A DNA stretch of 64,000 bases from Eledone cirrhosa (GCA_964016885.1 OZ024751.1:48484001-48548000); one strand, 5' to 3'; shown: positions 28,786 through 45,753, numbered from the stretch's first letter. Numbers and translations: made by a program. The notes: generated from the letters alone by a model not told the origin.

Positions 28786-28790
<5 letters not shown>
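26222..28790 (+). mobile_element. Penelope-like retroelement (Naiad/Neptune-like), 5'-truncated and decayed: RT, Cys4 linker, GIY-YIG, 3' pseudo-LTR
   Basis: ORF pieces 26181, 26634, 27255 and 27708 are one frame: PTDKSGR, LYGLRKDHK, RPVCG, MDVVSLYPSI, QNEGAAIG, RYVDD, LPVLD, HYAKPM. After a frameshift near 28020: FVDATPGG, CTNRKCIIC..NCKTRNVVYSIRC..YIGETARSIGERIDQH. TA repeats at both ends. Confidence 0.93.
28543..28584 (+). ncRNA. hammerhead ribozyme motif in the PLE pseudo-LTR
   Basis: ACCA-CTGACGA-T-GTTGCA-GGTG-TGCAAC-GAAA-GAAC-TT-TGAT. Confidence 0.8.
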
Positions 28791-28872
<82 letters not shown>

Positions 28873-29124
28873 ATATAAGATCAAAAGTTGGTTAAAAAAG
28901 TTCCATGTATTATATTATGAGCATTTCAAAAACAAATATCATCATGGAACTTTATAAACCACCTTTTGATCTTATATTATTTATACTCCAGTCCTATTAA
29001 CTGTTGAGTGCTACTTATCCGATATTAGCATTGCTTTATTGTGCTACAATAAAACTCACCTCCTACATATATTTATATATATATACGCATATATAGCTAT
29101 ATATATATATATATGTATATATAT

Positions 29125-29204
<80 letters not shown>

Positions 29205-29330
29205 CTATATATATATATGTTTATATATATATATATATATAGCTATATATATATATGTTTATATATATATATATAGCTATATATATATATGTTTATATAT
29301 ATATATATATATATAGCTATATATATATAT

Positions 29331-29399
<69 letters not shown>

Positions 29400-29412
29400 T
29401 ATATATATATAG

Positions 29413-29459
<47 letters not shown>

Positions 29460-29812
29460 ATACCATGCTAACATCTCGATGATCTACAATTTCACAACCT
29501 CACTTAACGTATGTAGTATGTTGTATCACATTCTCTACGTTTTCGTCGCCATCTTTTTATTTTCTTCCTTTCCTTTCTTTTATTTTCCTTTTCTTATTTC
29601 CCTTCCTTTTCCTATAGAAAGGCAAATAAGTGTTTTTGTAATAATAAACAGACCTCTTTAGCTAAATCTACAGAAACCCTATGAGTTTTGTTGGTAACAA
29701 ATAGAAACCAGGGAAAAGTTCGGCCTAATTGCCTGTTGCGTGAACAACGACAGAGAGAGAAAGAGAGATGGAGAGAGAGGGAGAGAGACGGGGCCAGAGA
29801 GAGAGTAAGAGA

Positions 29813-29845
<33 letters not shown>

Positions 29846-29855
29846 CCTGAGAGCA

Positions 29856-29888
<33 letters not shown>

Positions 29889-29972
29889 TTAACAACAATA
29901 ACAACAACAATGTAACCTTTTTTTTTTTTGCTTATTCTTATTCTAAAAATTGATTATTCAAGGTACAGATAT

Positions 29973-31045
<1,073 letters not shown>

Positions 31046-31055
31046 AAATATATAT

Positions 31056-31294
31056 GTTATGTCTTAGTACCTTTGTGGTTCTATGCAGGGGGATGCAGAA
31101 CAATTATATGAAAGACGTAAAATAAGAAAATTTAAAAATTAAAAATTGACTTACTTACTAAAACTTTCACTCCAACTAATTAGTTTCTGTAAGGGGATAA
31201 ATATAGTTACGTAAGATAACTATAGATTATTACTAAAATTTTAGTAAGTGAGTTAATTTTTAATTTTTAAAATTTTCTTATTTTACGTCTTTCA
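31056..31294 (-). mobile_element. truncated, folded-back copy of the 541-nt retrozyme-like unit
   Basis: Homologous to 34187-34340; arms 31109-31163 and 31238-31294 are inverted; contains only the HHR 3' half. Confidence 0.85.
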
Positions 31295-31488
31295 CACACA
31301 TATATATATATATATATATGAGGCGGGTAAAATTCCAGAGATCCATGAACGAGTTCTCCCCAACGGTCTCTGTCCTTCATCACCCCGCCATGTCCTGCGT
31401 CTCCCAAACACCACTGTCTGTCCTTAGGGCTTGAATATATGTCAATCTCGGTCTCCCTCTGCTACTGTGTCCGTGTAGAGGCCCCTAC

Positions 31489-31605
<117 letters not shown>

Positions 31606-31709
31606 TATTGAAATTTCCGTTGAAAACAGAAAAGGTCATAGAAGTGAAGAGTGCTCTATGTAAGTATCAGAGCAAAATTTAATGTATAAAAATCAATACA
31701 ATATAATTA

Positions 31710-31779
31710 CCTCATTACCAGAAGTTTCCCGAATGAGGCGAATACGAAAGAAACGTCTTCATTCGTTCGTCAGACGAGG
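31710..31779 (-). ncRNA. type I hammerhead ribozyme motif
   Basis: CCTCGT-CTGACGA-A.CGAATGA..TCATTCG.G-GAAA-CTTCTGG-TA-ATGAGG. Confidence 0.85.
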
Positions 31780-32164
31780 CAATATAAAACATGGGTAAAT
31801 ACTTGGAAAGTCTCAAGAAAAGCAAAAAAAAAAACGAAAAAAAAAAAAGATAATGAATTAGAATATGAAATATATAATAGTCTTTCAAGAAATATAGTTA
31901 GGTGTGTGTATATGTATGTATATACGCTCACAGATGTGCATATATGTGTATGCACATATGTATACGTATAGTGAAAAAGTGTGCGTAAATATATAATTTA
32001 GGGCAAATGTATCTGTATGTCTGTAATCTACAGACAGAATAGATACATCATAAGAATATGAAGGCACGCGCATAAACACACCTACACACACGTACACTTA
32101 GATGCGGAAGTAAAAGAGGTAAGGGAGTGTAATAATTAAAGGAAAGTATCAATCTCGATACATT

Positions 32165-32220
<56 letters not shown>

Positions 32221-32295
32221 AAAGGTCAACAGCACAATCCGTACAGTATATGGAAGGGATATATTAGGTTAACGCTTGGTATAGCAGGAAGAGGC

Positions 32296-32331
32296 TCTTA
32301 ACATTTCGGACGCTAGTCCTTCATCAGAAGA
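32296..32331 (-). ncRNA. minimal hammerhead motif (PLE type)
   Basis: TCTT-CTGATGA-A-GGAC-TAGC-GTCC-GAAA-TG-TT-AAGA. Confidence 0.8.
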
Positions 32332-32576
32332 AAGAAAGAGAAATAAACCAGATTGCAGGGACGGGCGGGTTGGAATTGGAAAACATGTCTTTAGGTAAAA
32401 ATAACATTCATGTTGACATCTCTTATGCAGTATTTTGGAACTGTTATTTTAAATACCTTATAGTTGTGTGTCAGCGGTAGGTATTCTACAGGGGTTCTAC
32501 AGACATCTGTTGATCCCAAACGGTAGTAATGGCGATCCATGAGCAATTAATACTGTCTTACCACACACACACACAC

Positions 32577-32778
<202 letters not shown>

Positions 32779-32902
32779 GTGTGTCTGTGTGTACAATATA
32801 TATCTTTAGAAACGATATCGGAACTCATATCAAAATATGAATAAAACTATGAAGCTATATAACTTGTACACTGCTGTGAATACGATGAAGACGCACACCC
32901 AC

Positions 32903-32992
<90 letters not shown>

Positions 32993-33107
32993 TTAGTTAT
33001 TAGTTATACTATTTATGGTTATGTAAATACAAAACCTTATGCAGTTATGTATCGGTATGTCTCTTGGCTGAAAAGGAGGTCATATAACTGTCCATGCATT
33101 AATAAAT

Positions 33108-33154
33108 TGCTCCGAAGAATCCAAACCTCGGTTTGGAGGAAACAGCTGTAAGCA
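33108..33154 (+). ncRNA. type I hammerhead motif, CCGAAGA core variant
   Basis: TGCT-CCGAAGA-A.TCCAAACC-TC-GGTTTGGA.G-GAAA-CAGCTG-TA-AGCA. Confidence 0.8.
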
Positions 33155-33218
33155 CAATAATGTTTTGAACAGTTCTTTGATTCTTATATTTCATATATAT
33201 ATATATATATATAGATAG

Positions 33219-33267
<49 letters not shown>

Positions 33268-33283
33268 TAGATATATATATCTA

Positions 33284-33323
<40 letters not shown>

Positions 33324-33449
33324 CGTGGGTGTGCGTCTTCATCGTATTCACAGCAGTGTACAAGTTATATAGTTTCATAGTTTTATTCATATTTTGATAT
33401 GAGTTCCGATATCGTTTCTAAAGATATATATTGTACACACAGACACACG

Positions 33450-33539
<90 letters not shown>

Positions 33540-33880
33540 GTAAGACAGTATTAATTGCTCATGGATCGCCATTACTACCGTTTGGGATCAAGAGATGTCT
33601 GTAGAACCCCTGTAGAATACCTACCGCTGACACACAACTATAAGGTATTTAAAATAACAGTTCCATATATATATATATATAAATATGTTTCGAAACAGTG
33701 AGCAGGTTTGAAATTAGAAAATAGAATAGCTTTCACCATAGTTTTTGACTTAAGAAATTTTAGTCTGATAATGGGGTTTAGAACCCTCAGATAAATGGAA
33801 AAAGATGAGTATTGACGTACATGTACGTCAATACTCTATTTATCTGAGGGTTCTAAACCCCATTATCAGATATATATATA

Positions 33881-34072
33881 TAGGAAAATATGTAACCCCG
33901 ACGGCAGAGCTCAAGCCGTTTCGACGTCTATTTCTAGACTTAGAAATAGCCGTTGAAACGGCTTGAGCTCTGCTGTCGGGGTTAAACATTTTCCTATTAC
34001 CCACTCTACTACTCTAAGCATTGAGTACTGTGTTGAGTTATGGTCCATCTAGTTCCTTACCACACTTCCTTC

Positions 34073-34077
<5 letters not shown>
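33881..34077 (+). mobile_element. palindromic half-HHR element family P
   Basis: Palindrome 33881-33996 plus tail to (TA)n; homologous to 49235-49442. Confidence 0.85.
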
Positions 34078-34121
<44 letters not shown>

Positions 34122-34296
34122 CGAGAGAATTAGTATATTTACCAACATATGCGTACAGATGTACACTAATGCTAGCAAATACATAAGTTATGTCATAGTA
34201 CCTAGGTGGTTCAATGCAGGAGGATGCAGAACAATTATATGAAAGACGTAAAATAAGAAAATTTAAAAAATTAAAAATTAACTTACTAAAATTTTC

Positions 34297-34378
34297 ACTC
34301 CAACTAATTAGTTTCTGTAATGCGATAAAGATAGTTACGCAATGTAACCATCGAGAATTCATTACGTCATCAGGGAGT
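34297..34378 (-). ncRNA. type I hammerhead ribozyme motif, canonical core, long stem II
   Basis: ACTCC-CTGATGA-C.GTAATG..GATGGTTAC/GTAACTATC..CATTAC.A-GAAA-CTAATTAG-TT-GGAGT. Confidence 0.88.
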
Positions 34379-35050
34379 CTATTCTCAGATAAGTCTCCAG
34401 GCAACGCGCGGACACTAGGGACTCATATAAAAATAATAATAATTCGGTGGATGGAACAGCTAGCGGGGACTGAATTCCACAGCACTGAAAAAGTTCACTG
34501 TCTCTGGTCAAATGGCAGATTCTAAAGAATCAATCACGTGACACTGAGGCTAGTCGGAAGGAGTGGGGTGGTAAAATGACAAAAGCCTACTACCAATTTT
34601 AGTAAGTTAATTTTTAATTTTTAAAATTTTCTTATTTTACGTCTTTCATATAATTGTTCTGCATCCTCCTGCATTGAACCACCTAGGTACTATGACATAA
34701 CTTATGTATTTGCTACCATTAGTGTACATCTGTACGCATATGTTGGTAAATATACTAGTTCTCTATATTTATCTCCAAATTATTTATTTATTTGTTGAGC
34801 AAACCTGCCAAATCCACTACTAATTCATTGGAGTGGTAGTAGGCTTTTGTCATTTTACCACCCCACTCCTTCCGACTAGCCTCAGTGTCACGTGATTGAT
34901 TCTTTAGAATCTGCCATTTGACCAGAGACAGTGAACTTTTTCAGTGCTGTGGAATTCAGTCCCCGCTAGCTGTTCCATCCACCGAATTATTATCATTTTT
35001 ATATGAGTCCCTAGTGTCCGCGCATTGCCTGGAGACTTAGCTGAGAATAG

Positions 35051-35132
35051 ACTCCCTGATGACGTAATGAATTCTCGATGGTTACATTGCGTAACTATCT
35101 TTATCCCATTACAGAAATTAATTAGCTGGAGT
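35051..35132 (+). ncRNA. second copy of the same hammerhead, with substitutions in stem III and the cleavage triplet
   Basis: ACTCC-CTGATGA..GAAA-TTAATTAG-CT-GGAGT. Confidence 0.8.
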
Positions 35133-35381
35133 GAAAATTTTAGTAAGTTAATTTTTAATTTTTAAAATTTTCTTATTTTACGTCTTTCATATATATATAT
35201 ATATATATAGTTTTAATATAGATGAGATTCTACAGGACTAGAACTGTTTCATTCTTTAGAAATAAGAATGAAACAGTTCTAGTCCTGTAGAATCTCATCT
35301 ATATTAAAACTTTTATACTCTGCAATGTATTGAGTACCTTACTTACTGTGGTTACCTCCGATTCAACCCGGAATAACGTAC

Positions 35382-35460
<79 letters not shown>

Positions 35461-35699
35461 GATAGATAGAAAGGTAGATAGCTATGTGGCTTAGTGATTA
35501 GGTTCTTTAATTCAGGAGCATAACTTCCTGGATTTGTTTCCGACTGGGCGGGGTCGGTGGGTCGTGTTCTTAACTAAACTAGTTTATTACACAGCACTCA
35601 TATTACCAACAGTTGCAACCAGTAAATATTATCAGCGATTGAAAGACCAGTAGAAACTCAGTTTCCTTTGTCCGAGGTGACGATCTTATATATCTGTAT

Positions 35700-35772
<73 letters not shown>

Positions 35773-36092
35773 AATATATATACATATATACATATATACA
35801 TATTTAGGTGAATATATATATATATACATATATATATATACATACACATATATATGTATATATATTATATATATGTATATATATATACATATACACACAG
35901 ACAGTCAGTTATAAGTCAGTAAATGAAAGTAATTGCTGTCAATTTCCAACTTATACTTATCTGTTATCTTCATTATATTTAACATTTGTCTCCACATTCT
36001 GAATATAAAATCTTTCTATTCTTCACTGATCTGAAATATACACGCTTAGACACAGACACATGCTCACACTCACATGCATATACCCTTGTATA

Positions 36093-36269
<177 letters not shown>

Positions 36270-36270
36270 A

Positions 36271-36414
<144 letters not shown>

Positions 36415-36416
36415 TA

Positions 36417-36512
<96 letters not shown>

Positions 36513-36516
36513 ATAT

Positions 36517-36551
<35 letters not shown>

Positions 36552-36724
36552 TCTAAGTGTGTGAATGCAGTCATTGTAAACTTTGTAAACATATATACAT
36601 ATATATATGTATATATATATATTTGGCATATGTTTATCTATACGCATACGTTTGGAAATGAATGCTTACCTACTCTTCACGCACATATACATACACAAAT
36701 ATTTATGTAATTATATATATATAC

Positions 36725-36793
<69 letters not shown>

Positions 36794-38384
36794 CACACTC
36801 AGACACACACACACACACATACACACACACACACACACATACAATCAATGCATGTATAAATATTCGGGGCTCCAGACGGTCTCTGATTTTGCTCTCCCTC
36901 TAATGATTGTTGATAAATCATGATGACATGTCTACATAAATATTCATGATAAAAGCAAAATTATATCTAACCGTCTTTTCTAATTATTCTGTACAGTACA
37001 ATAATAATACATCACCTCCGTCGTTCATGTAAGAGCGTCCCCCGACCGCAACGGACATACATTGCCTTAGCGGCCATTTTATTTTGCAATTCATCCGACC
37101 CAACTTTATTTAGCGTTTCGAATAAACAATCTAAATACGTCTCCGATTAGTGAAGCGTGTATTTAATAGTTGTCTATTTAGTTAGTTATCTAGTTAGTGT
37201 GATTGTTTGTTTGTTGGGCTTCATGGGTTGGCTGGATTGTTTGTCAGAAGACAACGAAAAGATTCATCTAACTTCGTTCATTAGTACTTGAGGCGAATAT
37301 TGCTATACAATATCTTCGATTCGTTTGAACTTTCTACTTTGATTGCTTTCTTGTCAAATTGATACGAAAATTACCCGATCCATATATAAACACACTCACG
37401 CACTCGCATACACACATACATATATGTAATATATATAATCTTAATATATTTATGTATGTATATATGTATGTATATATGTATGTTCAACGCTAGATACGCA
37501 TACACGCATAGATATATATATGCGTACATAGATACATTCATACATGCACACATACATATATGCATATACACATACATACATACATACATATATACATACA
37601 TACCCAAATAGATACATTCATGCATATATACATACACAGAATCATACATACACATATACATACAAAAATATACTTACATATATGAATACATACATACATT
37701 CATATATACATACATACATACATACATACATACATACATACATACATACATACATACATACATACATACATACATACATACGCATATACATACATAGGTG
37801 CATGCACACTCGTATATACACGTCTTTGTGTCTTTTGGTTTGGATGTAAATACTATCAGGGCATTTAAAGATCATGCAATATAACTTTTACCCATTCCCT
37901 GTGGTTTCTTTTCCCATTCTGATTATATTTCATTATGGGACAGTCCTATTTCATTTACTACCATTTATGTTATTCGAACGTACGCCTTTAATAATTGGGT
38001 TGGGTTTTGCGTTTTGAATATGGAAAAAATACCCACTGAACTATAGCCAAAATCTGTGGATTCAGAGTGAAGGAAATGTTTGTAATATTGCCCTTAACTA
38101 CTGATGAAATTATAAAGCACAGACATGATATACGGCGTGTAATGGGTATTTAGACCCTAGCGGAGCCCTTTCATCTCCTGCTCCGAAAAACAACCTTCCA
38201 GAGAAAGTGAGAGATATTGAAATAGACAGAGAGTGAAGAGTCAGCCCCATTACTAGATTTGTACTTTATTCCTTCACGCACAAATGAGGAAATGTAATAT
38301 TGACCTCGATGGGAATTGAACTCAGAAAACAGAAAATAATAGAAAATAAAGAATGGGATGGATAAACTATACATAATTAATTAG

Positions 38385-39045
38385 AAGTCATATCTCAGAT
38401 ATCTCAGCTGGGTAAACGTCACAAGATGGCGGAGGCGTTGCTGTGGTAACACTACCATATATACCAAAGTCATATCTAAGCTGGGTGAACGGCACAAGGT
38501 GGCGGAGGCGTTGCTGGGGTAACTTTATCATATATACCAAAGTCATATCTCAGCTGAGTAAACGTCCCAAGATGGCGGAGGCGTTGCTCTGGTAACTTTA
38601 TCATATATACCAAAGTCATATCCCAGCTGGGTAAACGTCACAAGATGGCGGAGGCGTTGCTCTGGTAACACTACCATATATACCAAAGTCATATCTCAGC
38701 TGGGTGAACGGCACAAGATGGCGGAGGCGTTGCTCTGGTAACGTTACCATATATACCGACGTCATATCTCAGCTGGGTAAAAGGGACAAGATGGTGGATA
38801 CGTTACTGCGGTAAAGTTACCATATATGCCGAGGTCATATCTCGTGGGTAAACGTCACAAGATGGTGTAGGTGTTGTTGTGGTAACCTTACCATATATAT
38901 CGACCACATATCTCGTGGGTAAACGTCACAAGATGGTGTAGGCGTTTCTGTGGTTATTTTATCATATATACCGAGGTCATATCTCAGCTGGATTAACAGC
39001 ACAAGATGGCGGAGGTGTGGCCATGGTGAGTAACATTACTATATA
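38385..39045. repeat. ~60-bp minisatellite, about 11 copies
   Basis: Unit GTCATATCTCAGCTGGGTAAACGTCACAAGATGGCGGAGGCGTTGCTCTGGTAACACTACCATATATACCAAA with variants. Confidence 0.95.
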
Positions 39046-39736
39046 TAGCAAGCAATGTAATCACCATTACTGAGTGTTTGAGTCATTTCGTAATATTCGG
39101 AGTTCAAATCGTCCCAAGGGTTGTTTCCAATGAAAGGAAAAACTTAGAGAAGGTCCCGGTTCTCACGTAAACCAATCGATTCCCATATGAAATTGTTATC
39201 GATATGAAAGAATGTAATACTCCAATCATTTCTGCTTCGATAAGTTCGATTCGTTATTGGTCTATTTTATGTTTGTACTAACATACAGGGTAGGAAAACG
39301 ATGTCGTAATCAAAGCTGTCTACAGAACATACACTCATACACACATACATACATACATACATACATACATACATACATACATACATACATACATACATAC
39401 ATACACACATACATACATACATACATACACTCATACACACATACATACATACATACATACATACATACACATGCACATAAACACACACAATCGCCCACAC
39501 ACCCACACACACACACATATTCACGCATACACACAGAGACGTTTGAACTCATATACACATTTGAACTCACATCATCATAGATCAACACATATACACACGC
39601 CAATATATATGCACCCATACGGGTGTATATAAATGAATATATTAGGTATGTTTAGGGGGTATATTGTAGAATGGGGAAGTGTAGTACGCCAGAAAATATA
39701 CTCTAACACATACACACAAATTAACACACACACACG

Positions 39737-39779
<43 letters not shown>

Positions 39780-39828
39780 ACACACACACACACACACACA
39801 AACACTCACACACACATATATATATATG

Positions 39829-39872
<44 letters not shown>

Positions 39873-39874
<2 letters not shown>

Positions 39875-40219
39875 CACGCAAACGCATGCGCATGCGCAAA
39901 GAAGACAAAATAAAATAAACAAATAAATAAATATATAAACAGACTAAATAAAGATGGCGTAGAAAATACAATGCAACGGGAGGAAACAATAGCACCACTG
40001 ACGATGTTGCAGGTGTGCAACGAAAGAACTTTGATAAACTATATATATGTGTTTGTGTCTATATTGTATCTGTATTATATTTGACCGTTGGTCAGTCAAT
40101 GGCAACATTGAGGACCGATATAAAAGACACAGAAGCGAAAAGCGAAAACCAACCAAACAGTGAGTGTTTTCTATTATTAATTCTGGCAATATTACACAAA
40201 TATTACCCTCCCCAAGTAT

Positions 40220-40227
<8 letters not shown>
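39873..40227 (+). mobile_element. solo pseudo-LTR of the PLE, with hammerhead at 39994-40035, between (TA)n tracts
   Basis: Near-identical to 28428-28790. Confidence 0.92.
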
Positions 40228-40267
<40 letters not shown>

Positions 40268-40601
40268 ATACTTTGGGAGGGTCATGTTGCCAATATGACC
40301 CTCCCAAAGTATAACAATATCGGTTTCAACACACGATTTCAGATAAAGAATCTTGCTAAACAAATTCAGAAACGAAATATATATATATACATATAGTAAT
40401 AATAATAAATTTGAAGACTAAAATCCAAAGAGGGCTTGATAAGGATAAATATATATCGAATATATAAGAACCGTAGAGCAAATATTTATTAAAATAAGAG
40501 ATTATGTATATATATTGAGTTTCAGATACGGTTCAAAGCAATCCTCCGATACAATTATGTCTACGATTCTCTATGTACTACACAGAGGGTGGGGGGGGGG
40601 G

Positions 40602-41368
<767 letters not shown>

Positions 41369-41371
41369 GTA

Positions 41372-41415
<44 letters not shown>

Positions 41416-41416
41416 T

Positions 41417-41471
<55 letters not shown>

Positions 41472-41543
41472 ACACTGTTGGGTGACGGACTGTTAATTTA
41501 CATGAGTTCCTCCCCCTTTTAACAAGTTATATATATATATGTA

Positions 41544-41578
<35 letters not shown>

Positions 41579-41579
41579 A

Positions 41580-41829
<250 letters not shown>

Positions 41830-41832
41830 GTA

Positions 41833-41936
<104 letters not shown>

Positions 41937-42008
41937 ACACTGTTGGGTGACGGACTGTTAATTTACATGAGTTCCTCCCCCTTTTAACAAGTTATATATA
42001 TATATGTA

Positions 42009-42047
<39 letters not shown>

Positions 42048-42048
42048 A

Positions 42049-42105
<57 letters not shown>

Positions 42106-42108
42106 ATT

Positions 42109-42254
<146 letters not shown>

Positions 42255-42546
42255 TTCATATAGTTATATATATGTAATACAGACGAAAGCAGGATACACG
42301 TACTTGTGGTTGTTGATTGTTACTGTTGTTATGATGGTTGTTGTTGTTGTCAGTGGTAAGCGTGGAGTTCAATAATTCTTTATTAAACTCTCACTACCTA
42401 TGTCGATCATTTCAAGTGTGTTTAGTGCCTCGCAGATAATCGATACGTCCACCTAAATGTTCTATAGTAATTGTAAATTGCATACACACATATATATATA
42501 TGTATACACACCTCCATATACACCTCTATACACACGTGTGTTTATG

Positions 42547-42640
<94 letters not shown>

Positions 42641-42708
42641 CACATACATATATATATATATATACACATACACATGCGTATATATATATATATATATATA
42701 CAATACAC

Positions 42709-42751
<43 letters not shown>

Positions 42752-42901
42752 TATTACGCGAGAGAGAGAGGTTGGTTGGAGAGGGAGAATGTATGTATAT
42801 GTTGTATATGTATATGTATAAAGTATAGACGTATACATATGTGTGTTGCGTGTGTGTGTGGTCGTATACACCTCTATATACACACACGTGTGTTTGTGTG
42901 A

Positions 42902-42978
<77 letters not shown>

Positions 42979-43021
42979 ATTATACACACACATACAAACA
43001 TACACACACACATACAAACAC

Positions 43022-43065
<44 letters not shown>

Positions 43066-43180
43066 TATATATGTGTATCTGTTTGTTTGTGTGTCTGTAT
43101 GCATTTGCTTTGCATATATAGAAATATATACATATATATAAACATAGACACACACATAAACATATATATACATATATATG

Positions 43181-43259
<79 letters not shown>

Positions 43260-43316
43260 CATTGAGTTCTTCATACGGATTGGACACTACCGTAAACTCT
43301 TGGTAGATTTATCTAC

Positions 43317-43354
<38 letters not shown>

Positions 43355-43395
43355 ATTATACACACACATACAAACATACACACACACACATACAA

Positions 43396-43469
<74 letters not shown>

Positions 43470-43533
43470 CTATATATATGTGTGTGCATGTATAAGTATA
43501 TACAGAAGAGTTTTGTGTGTGTGTGAGTGGAGA

Positions 43534-43572
<39 letters not shown>

Positions 43573-43868
43573 AAATGGCGGCGGAGAGGGGTGAACTGTA
43601 GAGAACGTGAATAAGAGTTACGAAGTGTAGACAGAAATATGTTTTAGAACTCACTCACGCGTGCATGTACACATGTCTTTGAGCCAGCAAGTTGAAGAAG
43701 ACACTTTCGGCGTACTTGCTAAATCTTTGTACATACGACCACACACATACAGACACACACACGCACACACACATGTATGTATACATCTTTTTTGTATACA
43801 TATACAATACATAAAATATACATACATTCTCCCTCGCCAACCACCCTCTTTCTCTCGCGTAATATATG

Positions 43869-43924
<56 letters not shown>

Positions 43925-43966
43925 TATATTTATATATATATATGTATACATGTATATATATATATT

Positions 43967-44021
<55 letters not shown>

Positions 44022-44024
44022 GTT

Positions 44025-44062
<38 letters not shown>

Positions 44063-44065
44063 TAT

Positions 44066-44126
<61 letters not shown>

Positions 44127-44366
44127 TATGCATATATATATATATACATGTATGTGTAGATGCATACTAACATTTCCTCCAAATAATATGTTCATTTTTA
44201 GTTCTGCCAACACAAAGACATACCCCCCCCCCCACACACACATATAATACACATTCATCATCCAACTCACAAGTATACATTCACATACAAGATGCTTTTC
44301 TCAAACACAAAAATCACATTATGTCGCATATATATATATATATATACATACACATATACGTATATT

Positions 44367-44466
<100 letters not shown>

Positions 44467-44601
44467 GTCAAACTGTTACGTGATCAGTGTGTAGCCGCGA
44501 AACTCAGTGTAGAATGAGGGAGTAATTCCAGTAATTAAATAAAACAAAGTATATTCTACTTAGGAACTCAGCATTTCTCAGCGCGTTTGCAAACCAAAAC
44601 G

Positions 44602-44639
<38 letters not shown>

Positions 44640-44783
44640 TGTGTGTGTAGGGGTGTGGGTGTGTGGGTGCGTGTGGGTGTATGTGTGTATGTGTGTATAT
44701 ATATATGTGTGTGTGCGTGTATAGGCATATACATGTGTATAGATGTATATAAATATATATAATATATATATATATATACATAC

Positions 44784-44944
<161 letters not shown>

Positions 44945-44963
44945 CACATATATATATATATAT

Positions 44964-45058
44964 TATGACCTCGACGGCAGAGCTCAACCCATTTCGACGG
45001 CTATTTCTGGACTAGAAATAGCCGTCGAAACGCCTTGAGCTCTGCCGTCGGGGTCATA
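44964..45058. mobile_element. palindromic half-HHR element family P (palindrome only)
   Basis: TATGACC..TTTC-GACGGCTATTTCT-GGACT-AGAAATAGCCGTC-GAAA..GGTCATA. Confidence 0.85.
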
Positions 45059-45067
45059 CCTTTTACC

Positions 45068-45100
<33 letters not shown>

Positions 45101-45356
45101 GCAGAAACAGTTGTATCGAAATACTTACAGACACATCCACACGAACGCACCCATCCGCATGTGTGTACGTGTGTGACTTCGAAGTCACTGCTAAACTTTT
45201 CTCTGGAAAATACATTCTATCCTCTACTTACAAGCCTTGAGTGCTCATTCACGTTAGTGTTTGTCTGTCTCCATGTTGGGTTACACATAAAACATACATC
45301 ATGGCAGCTCTCACCTAAACCACGTATGTGAGTATACAAGTACGTACGCACAAACA

Positions 45357-45522
<166 letters not shown>

Positions 45523-45576
45523 TACGTACATATGTCTATATCTATGTATATATATGTGTGTGTGTGTGTGAGCGTG

Positions 45577-45639
<63 letters not shown>

Positions 45640-45645
45640 GCACAT

Positions 45646-45753
<108 letters not shown>

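Larger units (their letters stand above)
34128..35190 (+). mobile_element. retrozyme-like element: 541-nt non-coding unit with terminal redundancy, preceded by an inverted copy
   Basis: AATTTTAGTAAGTTAATTTTTAA at 34595 and 35136; 34128-34594 is the reverse complement of the circularly permuted unit. Confidence 0.85.

Noticed and set aside
44470-44512. Possible G3-C8 hammerhead (GTGATCA..GAAA CTCAGTG TA)
   Set aside because: Stems I and III barely pair and it is single-copy here; could be chance
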